Below are positions 7,498 through 17,100 of a stretch of 64,000 bases of DNA, in pieces. The stretch's first letter is position 1, and each line of letters starts with the position of its first letter. Source of the DNA: Bacteroidales bacterium (lineage in GTDB: Bacteria > Bacteroidota > Bacteroidia > Bacteroidales > WCHB1-69); the NCBI GenBank assembly GCA_017616775.1, contig JAFZXM010000043.1, forward strand, positions 32,571 to 96,570, read 5' to 3'. The notes under the pieces were generated by a model that was not told the DNA's origin, did not search any database, and saw only the letters and a list, made by a program, of their open reading frames with translations. Both the position numbers and the translations under genes were made by a program.

Positions 7498-8787
7498 TTA
7501 TTTAAACAAAGCTTCCGCTTGTTTGATAATAGTTTGTTCCGGTTCATTCGGGTTGAGAACGAGGTCGGGTTTGGCATAGACCACTTTGTGGTGGTTTTTG
7601 GTGAGGTTTTCACCGCCGCCTGTAATATTCAGCATGATAACATCTTTGTGTTTGACAGTTCCGTCTTCCACAGCATGTGCCAGACTTGCCACAGCTACAG
7701 CGGCGGCAGGATTGATGTCGATGCCTTCCAGATATTGGAAAGCTGCCGACCAATAGTCAATTTCTCTATTGTCAATTTTGTAGATGTCGCCACGGGTGTC
7801 GGTCAATGCATCAAAGAGTCCGCCTGCCGGAGAATAAGGCGGTTTGCGGTTGGATAAGACTTTTGCTTGTATGATAGCTGCCTGATAGCGGGCTTCTTCT
7901 GCAGAAAGCGATACCAAATTTCTTTGTTGAGCCTTCCATGAATCATACATGATGGTGAAAGGTGCGTTTTGGGAGGGCAGCAATTTCATTTTATGTTTTC
8001 CGAAGCGGCCGTCATCTATCAAACGGAGGTTGTTTTCCCAAGCGGCGATGGTGCCGGTGCCGGAACCGATGGCTTGGAAGTAGGCGTCGGGAATGCGGCC
8101 TATGGTTTCCACCGCATTCAATAGGGTGGTGCCCATGCCGTCACGTCTGGCGATATTTTTTGCACCGCCTTCGGCCATAAACATATCCGATTTGCAGGCG
8201 ATGTCTCCCAATGCGATTGCATCGTAATAGTCGGCACCATGAGGTGCGGCAATGATTTTTACGCAATCTTTCAGGCGTTTGTGAAACCACAAGGCATTCA
8301 TATTGTCTTCCGGTACCGAAAGCAGCAAGGGAATGTTGTTGTCGGAGCAAACTTTGGCGAATGCCCTGGCGGTGTTGCCGGCAGATGCCACTACCAGCAC
8401 TTTCTTGTTGTCGTGCGGTAAGCGGGCACAAACAGAATAGGCTTCTGTCTCTTTAAAAGAGCATGTTTCCAAGGCAGCCCCCCTTGCAGGGAAAAATCCT
8501 GAAAATGTAATATATAAATTGTTTAATTTCAATTGTTTGGCCAAACCTTTACTTTTGAAAGTAACCGGTGTTTGCGAATGCTTTAATATCCTTTTTATTG
8601 GCAGCCAATTGGCATATCTGTAAAAACCGCCAAGGTCCTCTCTGGGTTCAAATTTTTTGTTGGCATAAACAGCTCTCACTAAAGCAGGTTGATCGTATTG
8701 AGGGTCGGACAGCAACCAACCTTCGTCTTCAAAAACACGGCCATTGCCGCAATTCATCAATTTGTAGGAAGTAGGTTTGAATACCAT
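7498..8787 (-). CDS. cysteate synthase-like PLP enzyme (threonine-synthase fold)
   Basis: The N-terminal pattern YKLMNCGNG...FYRYANWLPI and the PLP-lysine context CSFKETEA resemble the cysteate synthase family as I remember it. It lies next to an alpha-oxoamine synthase gene. Confidence 0.65.
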   Translation of the reverse strand: MVFKPTSYKLMNCGNGRVFEDEGWLLSDPQYDQPALVRAVYANKKFEPREDLGGFYRYANWLPIKRILKHSQTPVTFKSKGLAKQLKLNNLYITFSGFFPARGAALETCSFKETEAYSVCARLPHDNKKVLVVASAGNTARAFAKVCSDNNIPLLLSVPEDNMNALWFHKRLKDCVKIIAAPHGADYYDAIALGDIACKSDMFMAEGGAKNIARRDGMGTTLLNAVETIGRIPDAYFQAIGSGTGTIAAWENNLRLIDDGRFGKHKMKLLPSQNAPFTIMYDSWKAQQRNLVSLSAEEARYQAAIIQAKVLSNRKPPYSPAGGLFDALTDTRGDIYKIDNREIDYWSAAFQYLEGIDINPAAAVAVASLAHAVEDGTVKHKDVIMLNITGGGENLTKNHHKVVYAKPDLVLNPNEPEQTIIKQAEALFK

Positions 8788-8837
8788 ATGACAATATTTT
8801 AATTATAAAATACAAATATAACGTTAAAGATAAAACA

Positions 8838-8860
8838 GGGGATGTCGTGCCGACATCCCC
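8838..8860 (-). terminator. rho-independent terminator-like hairpin after the small ORF / AOS gene
   Basis: Perfect 10-bp stem GGGGATGTCG / CGACATCCCC with a 3-nt loop. On the minus strand it is followed by TGTTTTATCTTT. Confidence 0.6.
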
Positions 8861-8864
8861 GCAG

Positions 8865-9014
8865 TCAGTCTGTTTTGACAATATCGGAACCTTTTTCACT
8901 CACACCTTTTTTGCATTGGGGGCAACATGTATGGTAGGCCAACCATGTGGTGCAGTCACCTGTTTTTTTACCGTAATCAACGCAGCGCAATCGGTATGGG
9001 GAAGATTCCGACAT
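8865..9014 (-). CDS. untracked 49-aa cysteine-rich small protein
   Basis: Hand translation gives MSESSPYRLRCVDYGKKTGDCTTWLAYHTCCPQCKKGVSEKGSDIVKTD. The ATG is 10 nt downstream of the AOS stop, and the stop is followed by the hairpin. It is below the 60-aa cutoff of the ORF track. Confidence 0.4.
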   Translation of the reverse strand: MSESSPYRLRCVDYGKKTGDCTTWLAYHTCCPQCKKGVSEKGSDIVKTD

Positions 9015-9023
9015 GAATGAATG

Positions 9024-10283
9024 CTATTTAAAACTAATACGTTTGTTATTGATTTGATCAAGAGGATAAATGCCCTTGTCTAATTTTTCTCTCACTTCTT
9101 TGAATACATTCACCGTGCGTTCTACATCTTCCAAGGTGTGTACGGCGGTGGGGATTAATCTTAACTCAATGGTTCCTTTTGGAACAACAGGATAGAGCAC
9201 CATAGAGCAGAAAATACCGTAATTTTCACGCAAATCCACTACCAAATGTGTAGCTTGAGCCACAGTGCCGCTTAAAAATACCGGGGTAACATTGGCTTCA
9301 GTTTTGCCTATGTTGAATCCGTTGTCACGCAATCCCTTTTGCAAAGCACGGGTGACAGTCCATAATTTTTCTCTTATTTCAGGACGGGTTTGTATTATCT
9401 CCAAACGTTTTAAAGCACCCATCACCATAGGCATCGGTAATGATTTTGCATATATTTGGGAACGCATGTTAAAGCGCAAATGGTCCACAATGCGGCGGTC
9501 TGAAGCTACAAAAGCACCTATGCCGGCCATACTTTTTGCAAAAGTGGCAAAGTGAATGTCAATGCCGTCTTCCACGTTAAAGTGTTCGGCAGTACCGCTG
9601 CCGCGTTTACCCATTGTGCCGAATCCGTGGGCATCGTCAATGATAAGACGGAATTTGAATTCTTTTTTCAAAGCGACAATTTCATCCAATTTTCCCAATT
9701 CACCGGACATTCCGAAAACACCTTCAGTAACCACCAATACACCGCCGTCTTGTTCTTCGGCGAATTTGGTGGCCCGTTGGAGCACTTGGCGTAAATCGTT
9801 CATGTCGTTATGCTTGAATGAAAAACGGCGACCGATGTGCAAACGCACGCCATCATATATACAAGCATGGGATTCTGCATCGTAAACCACAACATCCCTG
9901 CGGGTGAGAAGACAATCCAATATGGATACCATGGCCTGATAGCCGAAATTAACCAAATAACCGGCTTCTTTGCCGACAAAATCCGCTAATTTTTGCTCCA
10001 ATTCTTTGTGATATTTTGTATCTCCCGACATCATACGGGCTCCCATAGGAGCAGCCATGCCGTATTTGGCAGCAGCTTCAGCATCGGCTTTCCTGACTTC
10101 GGGGTCATTGGCCAGACCTAAATAATTGTTCAAACTCCAACATAAAACTTCTTTACCCATGAATTGCATGTGAGGACCTATTTCTCCCACCAATTGGGGA
10201 AACATATAATAACCGTCTGCAAATTCTTGATATTGACCGAGCGGACCCGGTGTGCCTTTAATTCTTTCAAATATGTCAACCAT
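9024..10283 (-). CDS. alpha-oxoamine synthase family PLP enzyme (cysteate-C-fatty-acyltransferase / serine palmitoyltransferase-like)
   Basis: Class-II aminotransferase fold: DDAHGFG, the PLP-lysine motif TFAKSMAG, and a 419-aa length typical of Bacteroidota sphingoid or sulfonolipid base synthases. Confidence 0.8.
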   Translation of the reverse strand: MVDIFERIKGTPGPLGQYQEFADGYYMFPQLVGEIGPHMQFMGKEVLCWSLNNYLGLANDPEVRKADAEAAAKYGMAAPMGARMMSGDTKYHKELEQKLADFVGKEAGYLVNFGYQAMVSILDCLLTRRDVVVYDAESHACIYDGVRLHIGRRFSFKHNDMNDLRQVLQRATKFAEEQDGGVLVVTEGVFGMSGELGKLDEIVALKKEFKFRLIIDDAHGFGTMGKRGSGTAEHFNVEDGIDIHFATFAKSMAGIGAFVASDRRIVDHLRFNMRSQIYAKSLPMPMVMGALKRLEIIQTRPEIREKLWTVTRALQKGLRDNGFNIGKTEANVTPVFLSGTVAQATHLVVDLRENYGIFCSMVLYPVVPKGTIELRLIPTAVHTLEDVERTVNVFKEVREKLDKGIYPLDQINNKRISFK

Positions 10284-10593
10284 TGTTTTGTTAGATTTTA
10301 TTATTTGCTATTAAAAAATATTAACCAATGAGCAAATGTACAATAAAAAATTGAAAAAAAGGATAAGAAAATACTCCAATAATTGTACGATAATTGTTGA
10401 TAATATATCATGTTGTTGTATATAAGTTTGTTAACAGAAAAAAATAATGCTGTTTTTCTTGTTTGAAAATAGTGTTTCGGGCAAGATGCCAAAAACAGGA
10501 GTGCCCCGATACCATACAAAACAGGGTTGATATGAAACATTAAAGCAAGAGCAGGGGATAAATTGATTTTTTTTGTGTACATTTGCAATTTGT

Positions 10594-12330
10594 ATGGAAC
10601 AGGCGCAAAAAGAAGGTATTATATTGGAAGTAAAAAACTTGACAGTTGTTTTTGTCAAAAAAACAAGTCGGTTTTGTGCTGTGGAGAATTTATCCTTTAC
10701 CTTGTATAAAGGCACTACCATGGGTTTGGTAGGGGAATCGGGCAGCGGCAAATCGGTGTCCATGTTAAGCATTATGCGTTTGTTGAATGCCAAAAATGTA
10801 GAGTTAAGCGGTTCGGTTATTTTTTATGATAAAGGCAAACCTGTGGATTTGCTTGCCGTTTCCCCTTCCGGCATGCGGGAATACAGGGGAAGTCGCATTG
10901 CGATGATATTTCAGGAGCCCATGACATCGCTCAATCCGTCCATGACTTGTGGCATGCAAGTGGTGGAAACGCTCAGGCTGCATTTGAAAATGAATAAAAA
11001 GCAAGCACAAAAAAGAACACTTGAACTTTTTGAAGAAGTGCTCTTGCCTTATCCTCAAAAAATATTTTGTTCTTATCCGCATCAAATTTCAGGAGGACAA
11101 AAACAAAGGGTGATGATAGCCATGGCCATGGCTTGTAATCCGGATATACTTATAGCCGATGAGCCTACCACGGCGCTGGATGTTACGGTGCAAAAAAATA
11201 TATTGGAGTTGATGCGCTCGTTGCAGCAAAAGCATGGCATGAGCATAGTGTTTATCACGCATGATTTGGGCGTGGTGGCACAAATATCGCATCATGTGCT
11301 GGTAATGTATAAAGGCCATAAAGTGGAAGAAGGCCCGTTGAAAAATATATTCTTATCACCGCAACATGCTTATACCAAAGGTTTGCTCGCTTGCAGGGTG
11401 CCTACGGACAAACGTATGAAAAATCTGCCCACTATTAGCGATTTTTTGCAGGAAAGCCAATCCGGCACCCCGTTTCAGGAGGAACCGGTGAATGCCGGTG
11501 ACTATATGAAACAAACCCAATTGTTGCTGCAGCAAGTACCTATGATGAAGGTGCGCTCGTTGTCCAAACGCTATGTGGTGAAAAAACACCTGTATGCCCC
11601 AACGCAATATTTTTATGCCGTCAACAATGTGAATTTTGATGTATATCCTGGAGAAACATTGGGTTTGGTAGGGGAATCGGGCTGCGGTAAAACCACTTTG
11701 GGTCGCTTGCTGTTAAGATTGACAGAGCCTACAAGTGGCAGCATAGAGTATAATAATATGGATTTATGCAAGTGCAGCGTATCAAAAATGCGTCAATTGC
11801 GCAAAGAAATACAAGTGGTGTTTCAAGATCCGTATTCTTCTCTGAATCCCCGTTATACCATAGGCAATGCTATCATGGAGCCGATGAAACTGCATCATAT
11901 AGGCGATAACGACCTTCAACGCAGAGAAATGGTGATGGAATTGTTGGAAAAAGTAAATATGGAGGCGAAACATTTCAATGCTTATCCTCACGAATTTTCA
12001 GGAGGTCAACGTCAGCGGATATGCATAGCAAGAGCTTTGGCCTTACAACCCAAACTGCTCATTTGCGATGAATCGGTGTCGGCATTGGATGTGTCGGTAC
12101 AAGCACAAGTGCTCAATTTGCTCAATAAATTAAAAGAGGAATATAATCTTACCTATATATTCATTTCCCACGATTTGTCTGTGGTGAAATTTATGTCACA
12201 CAGAGTGATGGTGATGAACAAAGGTGAAATTCAAGAGTTGAATACGGCTGATGAATTGTATGCACATCCGCAATGTGAATACACCAAAAAATTGATAGCC
12301 GCAATTCCTCGTATAGATTGCTTTAGTTAA
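10594..12330 (+). CDS. ABC transporter ATP-binding protein with two fused ATPase domains (Dpp/Opp D-F type)
   Basis: Two Walker A motifs ([17 protein letters not shown]) and two signatures ([16 protein letters not shown]). The start is moved to the ATG at 10594, which lies 9 nt after TACATTTG (10578-10585). Confidence 0.85.
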   Translation: MEQAQKEGIILEVKNLTVVFVKKTSRFCAVENLSFTLYKGTTMGLVGESGSGKSVSMLSIMRLLNAKNVELSGSVIFYDKGKPVDLLAVSPSGMREYRGSRIAMIFQEPMTSLNPSMTCGMQVVETLRLHLKMNKKQAQKRTLELFEEVLLPYPQKIFCSYPHQISGGQKQRVMIAMAMACNPDILIADEPTTALDVTVQKNILELMRSLQQKHGMSIVFITHDLGVVAQISHHVLVMYKGHKVEEGPLKNIFLSPQHAYTKGLLACRVPTDKRMKNLPTISDFLQESQSGTPFQEEPVNAGDYMKQTQLLLQQVPMMKVRSLSKRYVVKKHLYAPTQYFYAVNNVNFDVYPGETLGLVGESGCGKTTLGRLLLRLTEPTSGSIEYNNMDLCKCSVSKMRQLRKEIQVVFQDPYSSLNPRYTIGNAIMEPMKLHHIGDNDLQRREMVMELLEKVNMEAKHFNAYPHEFSGGQRQRICIARALALQPKLLICDESVSALDVSVQAQVLNLLNKLKEEYNLTYIFISHDLSVVKFMSHRVMVMNKGEIQELNTADELYAHPQCEYTKKLIAAIPRIDCFS

Positions 12331-12365
12331 AATAGAACAAAGATTGCAGAAGTATTTTCAATTGG

Positions 12366-12875
12366 TTATTGTATCAATTGTAAGTAAGTTGTGTCGTTCT
12401 GCATACGTATAATTCCTTGGTTAAATGTGTAATATAGCGAATAATTATTTAGGTCATTTGATGAAATATATACATTGTAAAGTGTATCGTTATCAATCAC
12501 CAAAGTGCGGGGAGAATAAGCATTAAAATCAAAATAATGGGAGTATGCAGTCTTATTCTTTGCGATGTAATAACAAATATCTAATTGTTTGTTGACTTTT
12601 AAATCCAAGAAGATGATTTGATTGTTGTCTATTGAATTTATTTCAATATGGCGTTTATATGAATCTCTTTCTTTGGAAATAGTATCGGTATTGACTATCC
12701 ATAGTATGGTGTCGTTGTTTTGGTCAATCATATTGAATTGCTGTCCTTTTTGATAAGGTACAACCGCCAAATCTTCATTACTGAATTTTTGTATTACAGT
12801 GGGTTCTATGTCAAAATAGTGACAAGATTGACACACCAATAACAGAATGACAGATAATGATATTATTTTTTTCAT
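12366..12875 (-). CDS. lipoprotein, unknown function (module A)
   Basis: Lipobox in MKKIISLSVILLLVCQSC. Paralog of 13834-14340. Confidence 0.7.
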   Translation of the reverse strand: MKKIISLSVILLLVCQSCHYFDIEPTVIQKFSNEDLAVVPYQKGQQFNMIDQNNDTILWIVNTDTISKERDSYKRHIEINSIDNNQIIFLDLKVNKQLDICYYIAKNKTAYSHYFDFNAYSPRTLVIDNDTLYNVYISSNDLNNYSLYYTFNQGIIRMQNDTTYLQLIQ

Positions 12876-12893
12876 GGTATATGTTTTTTTATG

Positions 12894-13598
12894 TTATAAT
12901 CTTATTCTAAAACCTGCACAAAACCAACCTTCCATTCCGGCTCCCAATTGTAAAAAGCCTGCGTATTGGTTGTTGCCTATTTCTATGCCTATAAGGGTGA
13001 GTTGATAGGCGAAAAATACACGCTGATTGTCGGGTGTGATTTCAATTCTTTCAGGTTGATAGTTCTTTATTCCCAATTGGCTGAATGAAACACCTATTCC
13101 TGCTTTGGAGTACATGGTTACCACTCTTTTGTTGAGCCAATTGATTTTGAGAGTGGGAAGCAGGGTGTGAGTGGTGAGATTGAGTTTACATGCCAATTCG
13201 TTATTATATACTTTTGTAATACGGGGCTCACATACATAATATATACCTACACCTATCACTTTGGTAATTCTATAGGAATATCCTATCTGGATAGCTCCAT
13301 AAGTATATCTTTCGTGATGTAATGAATAGAGATTAGGATCTATGCATCCAAAAAGAGGCAGGAATGTGTTAAGTTGAACGGAAGACAATATGCCGTAACC
13401 TATGGAAATTTGGTGGCGTTTGTCAAGTGTGTGACTTTTCCGGTCAGCGGCGGCGTCATATTCCATAGCCGGTTCCGTGGTTATGGTTGCCTCGGTTCTC
13501 ATCACGGTGTCGGTTTGTGCCCATGCGGAATCCATACAAGCTAAACCTGTCAACAAACTTGCTGCGATTGCCAGAAAATATTTATGTGTTGTATTCAT
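12894..13598 (-). CDS. small outer-membrane beta-barrel-like protein (module A)
   Basis: The start is moved to MNTTHKYFLAIAASLLTGLA...AQ (signal peptide), 16 nt after CAAAAATA (13614-13621), which is TAnnTTTG on the minus strand. It has alternating aromatic and Gly segments and the C-terminus GWFCAGFRIRL. Paralog of 14359-15081. Confidence 0.7.
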   Translation of the reverse strand: MNTTHKYFLAIAASLLTGLACMDSAWAQTDTVMRTEATITTEPAMEYDAAADRKSHTLDKRHQISIGYGILSSVQLNTFLPLFGCIDPNLYSLHHERYTYGAIQIGYSYRITKVIGVGIYYVCEPRITKVYNNELACKLNLTTHTLLPTLKINWLNKRVVTMYSKAGIGVSFSQLGIKNYQPERIEITPDNQRVFFAYQLTLIGIEIGNNQYAGFLQLGAGMEGWFCAGFRIRL

Positions 13599-13789
13599 GT
13601 GATAATTTTTTTGCAAAAATACAAAAAAATATATAGGAAATACCTTATATGGAAAAAAATAATTTGTGAACAGAAAATTCACCAAACAAGGACTGTAAAT
13701 GGATGTGAACCACGATATTCTGGTTTTGTCTCCGAAAATGGATAAACAGACCATCGGATAGAATATACACGTATTGCTCCGTGATTATG

Positions 13790-13826
13790 GAAAAAACAGC
13801 TTCCTGTATTGCAACAGGAATTGCTG
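13790..13826 (-). terminator. rho-independent terminator between duplicated modules
   Basis: The minus strand reads CAGCAATTCCTGT-tgcaat-ACAGGAAGCTG followed by TTTTTT. It lies directly after the stop of 13834-14340. Confidence 0.6.
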
Positions 13827-13833
13827 CTTGTGC

Positions 13834-14340
13834 TTAGGGAATGAGTTTTAGGTAGTTAATGTCTGTTTGAATGCGTATAATTCCTTGATTGATGGAATAT
13901 ATTATCTGCTTGTTCGGATCGTCTGAAGAAACATATACATTGTAAAGTGTGTCGTTGTCAATAACCAGTGTGCGGGGAGAGCTATTGTTTAATTCATAAT
14001 ATGCATACAATTGCATGTCCCCCAAATGGTAATATCTGATATGTAATTTTTTATTGGGACTTAAAATTATGTTGACCGAATGATTGTTATCCATAGAATT
14101 GATGTCAATAAGGCGGTCGTAGTTAGTTAAATGATTTTCGATGGTGTCGGTGTTGACTGTCCATAACAGGGTGTCGTTGTTTTGGTCGGTCATATAGAAT
14201 TGTTGTCCTTGAGTATAAGGTACGGTGGCCAAATCTTCTTCGCTGAGTTTTTGAATGACTTCGGGATATTCTTCCCACCAGTCATAGCAAGATGAACATA
14301 CAGCCATTAAAATGACGGATAATGCTAATATTTTTTTCAT
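13834..14340 (-). CDS. lipoprotein, unknown function (module B)
   Basis: Lipobox in MKKILALSVILMAVCSSC. Shares blocks with module A (SPRTLVIDNDTLYNVY, DQNNDT.LW.VNTDTI). Confidence 0.7.
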   Translation of the reverse strand: MKKILALSVILMAVCSSCYDWWEEYPEVIQKLSEEDLATVPYTQGQQFYMTDQNNDTLLWTVNTDTIENHLTNYDRLIDINSMDNNHSVNIILSPNKKLHIRYYHLGDMQLYAYYELNNSSPRTLVIDNDTLYNVYVSSDDPNKQIIYSINQGIIRIQTDINYLKLIP

Positions 14341-14358
14341 GGTAAATATCTTTTTATT

Positions 14359-15081
14359 TTATAATCTTATTCTAAAGCCTGCACAAAACCAGCCTTCCAT
14401 TCCGGCTCCCAATTGTAAATAGCCTGCGTATTGATTGTTGCCTATTTCTATGCCTGCAAGGGTGAATTGATAGGCGAAATATACGCGGTGTTGGGGGGGG
14501 GTTATTTCAAAATGGTCGGGTTGATAATTTTTGATACCGCATTGGTTGATACTTATGCCAAACCCTACTTTGGAATACATGGTCACCACTCTTTTGTTGA
14601 GCCAGTTGATTTTGAGAGTGGGAAGCAGGGTATGTGTGGTCCAATTGATTTTCCCTATCAATTGGTCATTGTACAATTTGACAATACGGGGGTCGCAAAC
14701 GTAATACAATCCCACACCTATCACTTTGGTGCATCTGAAAGTATAACCTATCTGTATGGCTCCGTAGCATTCCCCGTGATAGCGGTAAGCAGGTTCCGTT
14801 CCTATATATTCCATTAAATAAGGCATAATGACAGAACACTGACTCGGCGTTAATATGCCGTAACCTATGGAAATTTGGTGGCGTTTGTCAAGCGTGAAAC
14901 TCTTGGAGGAGGAGTCTGTAGCGGGCTCCGTGTTATAATCGGCCATGGAAACTTGAGCGTTGGACATTATTTTTTGAGCCTTCAAAATGGTGTCATTCTG
15001 TGCCCGTAAAGAATAGTTCCAACAGGATAGCATCAATATAACAGCTATCAATGGCAAACAATAATGATATTTTGTGTTCAT
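14359..15081 (-). CDS. small outer-membrane beta-barrel-like protein (module B)
   Basis: The start is chosen by analogy with paralog A (MNTKYHY). CAAAGGTA (15098-15105) supplies the -7 box. The C-terminal half is nearly identical to module A. Confidence 0.7.
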   Translation of the reverse strand: MNTKYHYCLPLIAVILMLSCWNYSLRAQNDTILKAQKIMSNAQVSMADYNTEPATDSSSKSFTLDKRHQISIGYGILTPSQCSVIMPYLMEYIGTEPAYRYHGECYGAIQIGYTFRCTKVIGVGLYYVCDPRIVKLYNDQLIGKINWTTHTLLPTLKINWLNKRVVTMYSKVGFGISINQCGIKNYQPDHFEITPPQHRVYFAYQFTLAGIEIGNNQYAGYLQLGAGMEGWFCAGFRIRL

Positions 15082-15369
15082 GTGCATATTTTTTTTGCAA
15101 AGGTATATAAAAAAAAGTGACGAATATCATTTTTGTTATAATAAAAAAAATAAAGAAATATAACAATCTTAAAATCAGGTATGTATTTTGGAACAGGGGA
15201 TTCCGGCTATATTTGTATCTGCCTGCGGCAGGCATTGGCATGTTTTGAATTTTGCACAAAACGAGCCGTGCCTTACAGACTTTTTTTTTCAGCTAAAAAG
15301 TTTTGTGTTGGGAAGGTGTGTCAATAGGAAAAACGGAATCCGGACAAGCGGGTGCAAACAGGGAAAGTG

Positions 15370-17100
15370 TTAGTGTGCCTGATTGTGGACAAAGTCCACA
15401 AACGCCTGGTTGACCATACGTATGCCTCCCGGTGTGGGATAGTATCCTGTAAAATACCAGTCCCCAAGATGTTTGGGGCAAGCGTGATGTAAGCCTTCTA
15501 TGCTTTGGAATACCAGCTCTACAGGTGTCTGCATTTCTTCAGGGCGGAGCATTTCCACAATTTTTTTGTTGATTTCTTCCACCGTGAAAGGGGCATAAAT
15601 GTTACGGACATGATTTTCGCTATACGGGTCGTTAACGCATTTACGGTAAGTATCGTCAATCAGTTGTTGCATACCCCGTTCCTTTATCAGGGCGATGGTG
15701 GCCCTGAAGGCGCATAATTCCTCCAGATGCGACATGTCGATGCCGTAATAGTCAGGATAGCGTATTTGCGGCGAACTGGACACCATGACAATTTTCTTGG
15801 GGTGCAGTCGGTTGAGCATCTTAAAGATGCTTTCTTTCAGGGTGGTGCCTCTGACAATACTGTCATCCACAATCACCAGATAGTCCTTATCGGGGCGAAG
15901 AGAGCCGTAACTGATGTCATAAACGTGAGCGGCAAGGTCGTTGCGTTCGTTGCCTTCTGTGATAAACGTGCGCAATTTGATGTCTTTCCACACCACTTTT
16001 TCTGTTCTCACCTCATAGTTAAGCCGGCGGAATCCGTCGGTAATACCGTAAAAAGCCACCTCGGCCGTATTGGGGATATAAGAGAAGACGGTATTGTCCA
16101 CATCGCTGTTGATGGCCTGAAGTATCGGTCGGGTGAGCTGTTCTCCGAGCTGTTTGCGTTCCTGATAGATATCGCGGTCGGAACCGCGGCTGAAATAGAT
16201 GCGTTCAAACGAACAGGCTCTTATTGTTTGGGGCGGAAGAATTTGTTCCACGCACATTTCCCCGTTTTTGTGAACCACCACAGCCTCTCCCGGCTGCAGT
16301 TCTTTGATGTCATCCGTTAACAGATTGAAGGTGGTTTGAATTACCGGTCGTTCGCTGGCGAGCACCATCACCTCGTCATCGCTATAATAGAATGCAGGAC
16401 GTATACCCCAGGGGTCCCGTATGGCAAACATTTCTCCCGAACCTGTCATTCCGCACATCACATAGCCGCCGTCAAAATGAGGCATGGTGGTTTTCAGCAC
16501 GTTAACCATCGAAAGGTGGTCTTCGATATAACGGGTGATGTCAAGGTCGTGTAAACCTTTTTCCACGGCTTGGGCGAACAGACGTTCCGTTTCACGGTCC
16601 AAACGGTGTCCCATCAGTTCGAGGGTGATATAAGAGTCGCCGTAAATACGTGGCGATTGCCCCTGTTTTACCAACATTCGGAACACCTCGTCAATATTGG
16701 TCATGTTAAAGTTGCCGCACAAACAGAGGTTTTTGGCACGCCAATTGTTGCGGCGCAAAAAAGGATGAACGTAGGACAATCCGCTTTTTCCCGTAGTGGA
16801 ATAGCGCAGATGTCCCATATATAATTGTCCTGTGAAAGAATCGTTCACCCGTTTGAATATCTCGGTGATGGCATTGGCTCCTTCCGCCCGTTCACGATAC
16901 ATATATTCCGTACCTGCAGGGGCATCCATATTCACACATGCCATGCCGGCGCCTTCCTGCCCGCGGTTGTGCTGTTTCTCCATCATCAAATAGAGTTTGT
17001 CCAGGCCATAACGCCGGGTACCGTATTTGTTCTTATAATATTCATTCGGTTTTCTGAGGCGAATCATCGCCACGCCGCATTGATGTTTTAATGTTTCCAT
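15370..17100 (-). CDS. purF: amidophosphoribosyltransferase (class II glutamine amidotransferase)
   Basis: The start is moved to METLKHQCGVAM, giving the conserved N-terminal nucleophile Cys. The PRPP loop is VIVDDSIVRGTT. The tracked 57-codon upstream extension runs into pyrG. Confidence 0.9.
   Translation of the reverse strand: METLKHQCGVAMIRLRKPNEYYKNKYGTRRYGLDKLYLMMEKQHNRGQEGAGMACVNMDAPAGTEYMYRERAEGANAITEIFKRVNDSFTGQLYMGHLRYSTTGKSGLSYVHPFLRRNNWRAKNLCLCGNFNMTNIDEVFRMLVKQGQSPRIYGDSYITLELMGHRLDRETERLFAQAVEKGLHDLDITRYIEDHLSMVNVLKTTMPHFDGGYVMCGMTGSGEMFAIRDPWGIRPAFYYSDDEVMVLASERPVIQTTFNLLTDDIKELQPGEAVVVHKNGEMCVEQILPPQTIRACSFERIYFSRGSDRDIYQERKQLGEQLTRPILQAINSDVDNTVFSYIPNTAEVAFYGITDGFRRLNYEVRTEKVVWKDIKLRTFITEGNERNDLAAHVYDISYGSLRPDKDYLVIVDDSIVRGTTLKESIFKMLNRLHPKKIVMVSSSPQIRYPDYYGIDMSHLEELCAFRATIALIKERGMQQLIDDTYRKCVNDPYSENHVRNIYAPFTVEEINKKIVEMLRPEEMQTPVELVFQSIEGLHHACPKHLGDWYFTGYYPTPGGIRMVNQAFVDFVHNQAH

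Larger units (their letters stand above)
12366..15105. repeat. tandem duplication of a ~1.4-kb two-gene unit (barrel + lipoprotein)
   Basis: The two units have the same gene order, the same 18-nt intergenic spacer and near-identical nucleotide runs at the barrel 3' ends (12895-13000 versus 14360-14465). Confidence 0.85.

Noticed and set aside
12876-12893. The barrel and lipoprotein ORFs of each duplicated module share a reading frame (18-nt gap), so I considered a single gene split by a stop.
   Set aside because: The downstream ORFs begin with their own ATG, signal peptide and lipobox. The upstream ORFs end in a barrel-type C-terminal motif. The arrangement is the same in both paralogous units, so these are two genuine genes.
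13599-13754. The tracked 52-codon N-terminal extension of the module-A barrel gene.
   Set aside because: The extension covers the promoter box and the intergenic region. The paralog starts at the equivalent MNT... with a signal peptide.
15218-15234. The palindrome TGCCTGCGGCAGGCA downstream of purF, considered as a possible terminator or operator.
   Set aside because: As RNA it gives only a 5-bp stem with no T-run. It occurs once and has no partner site, which is insufficient evidence.
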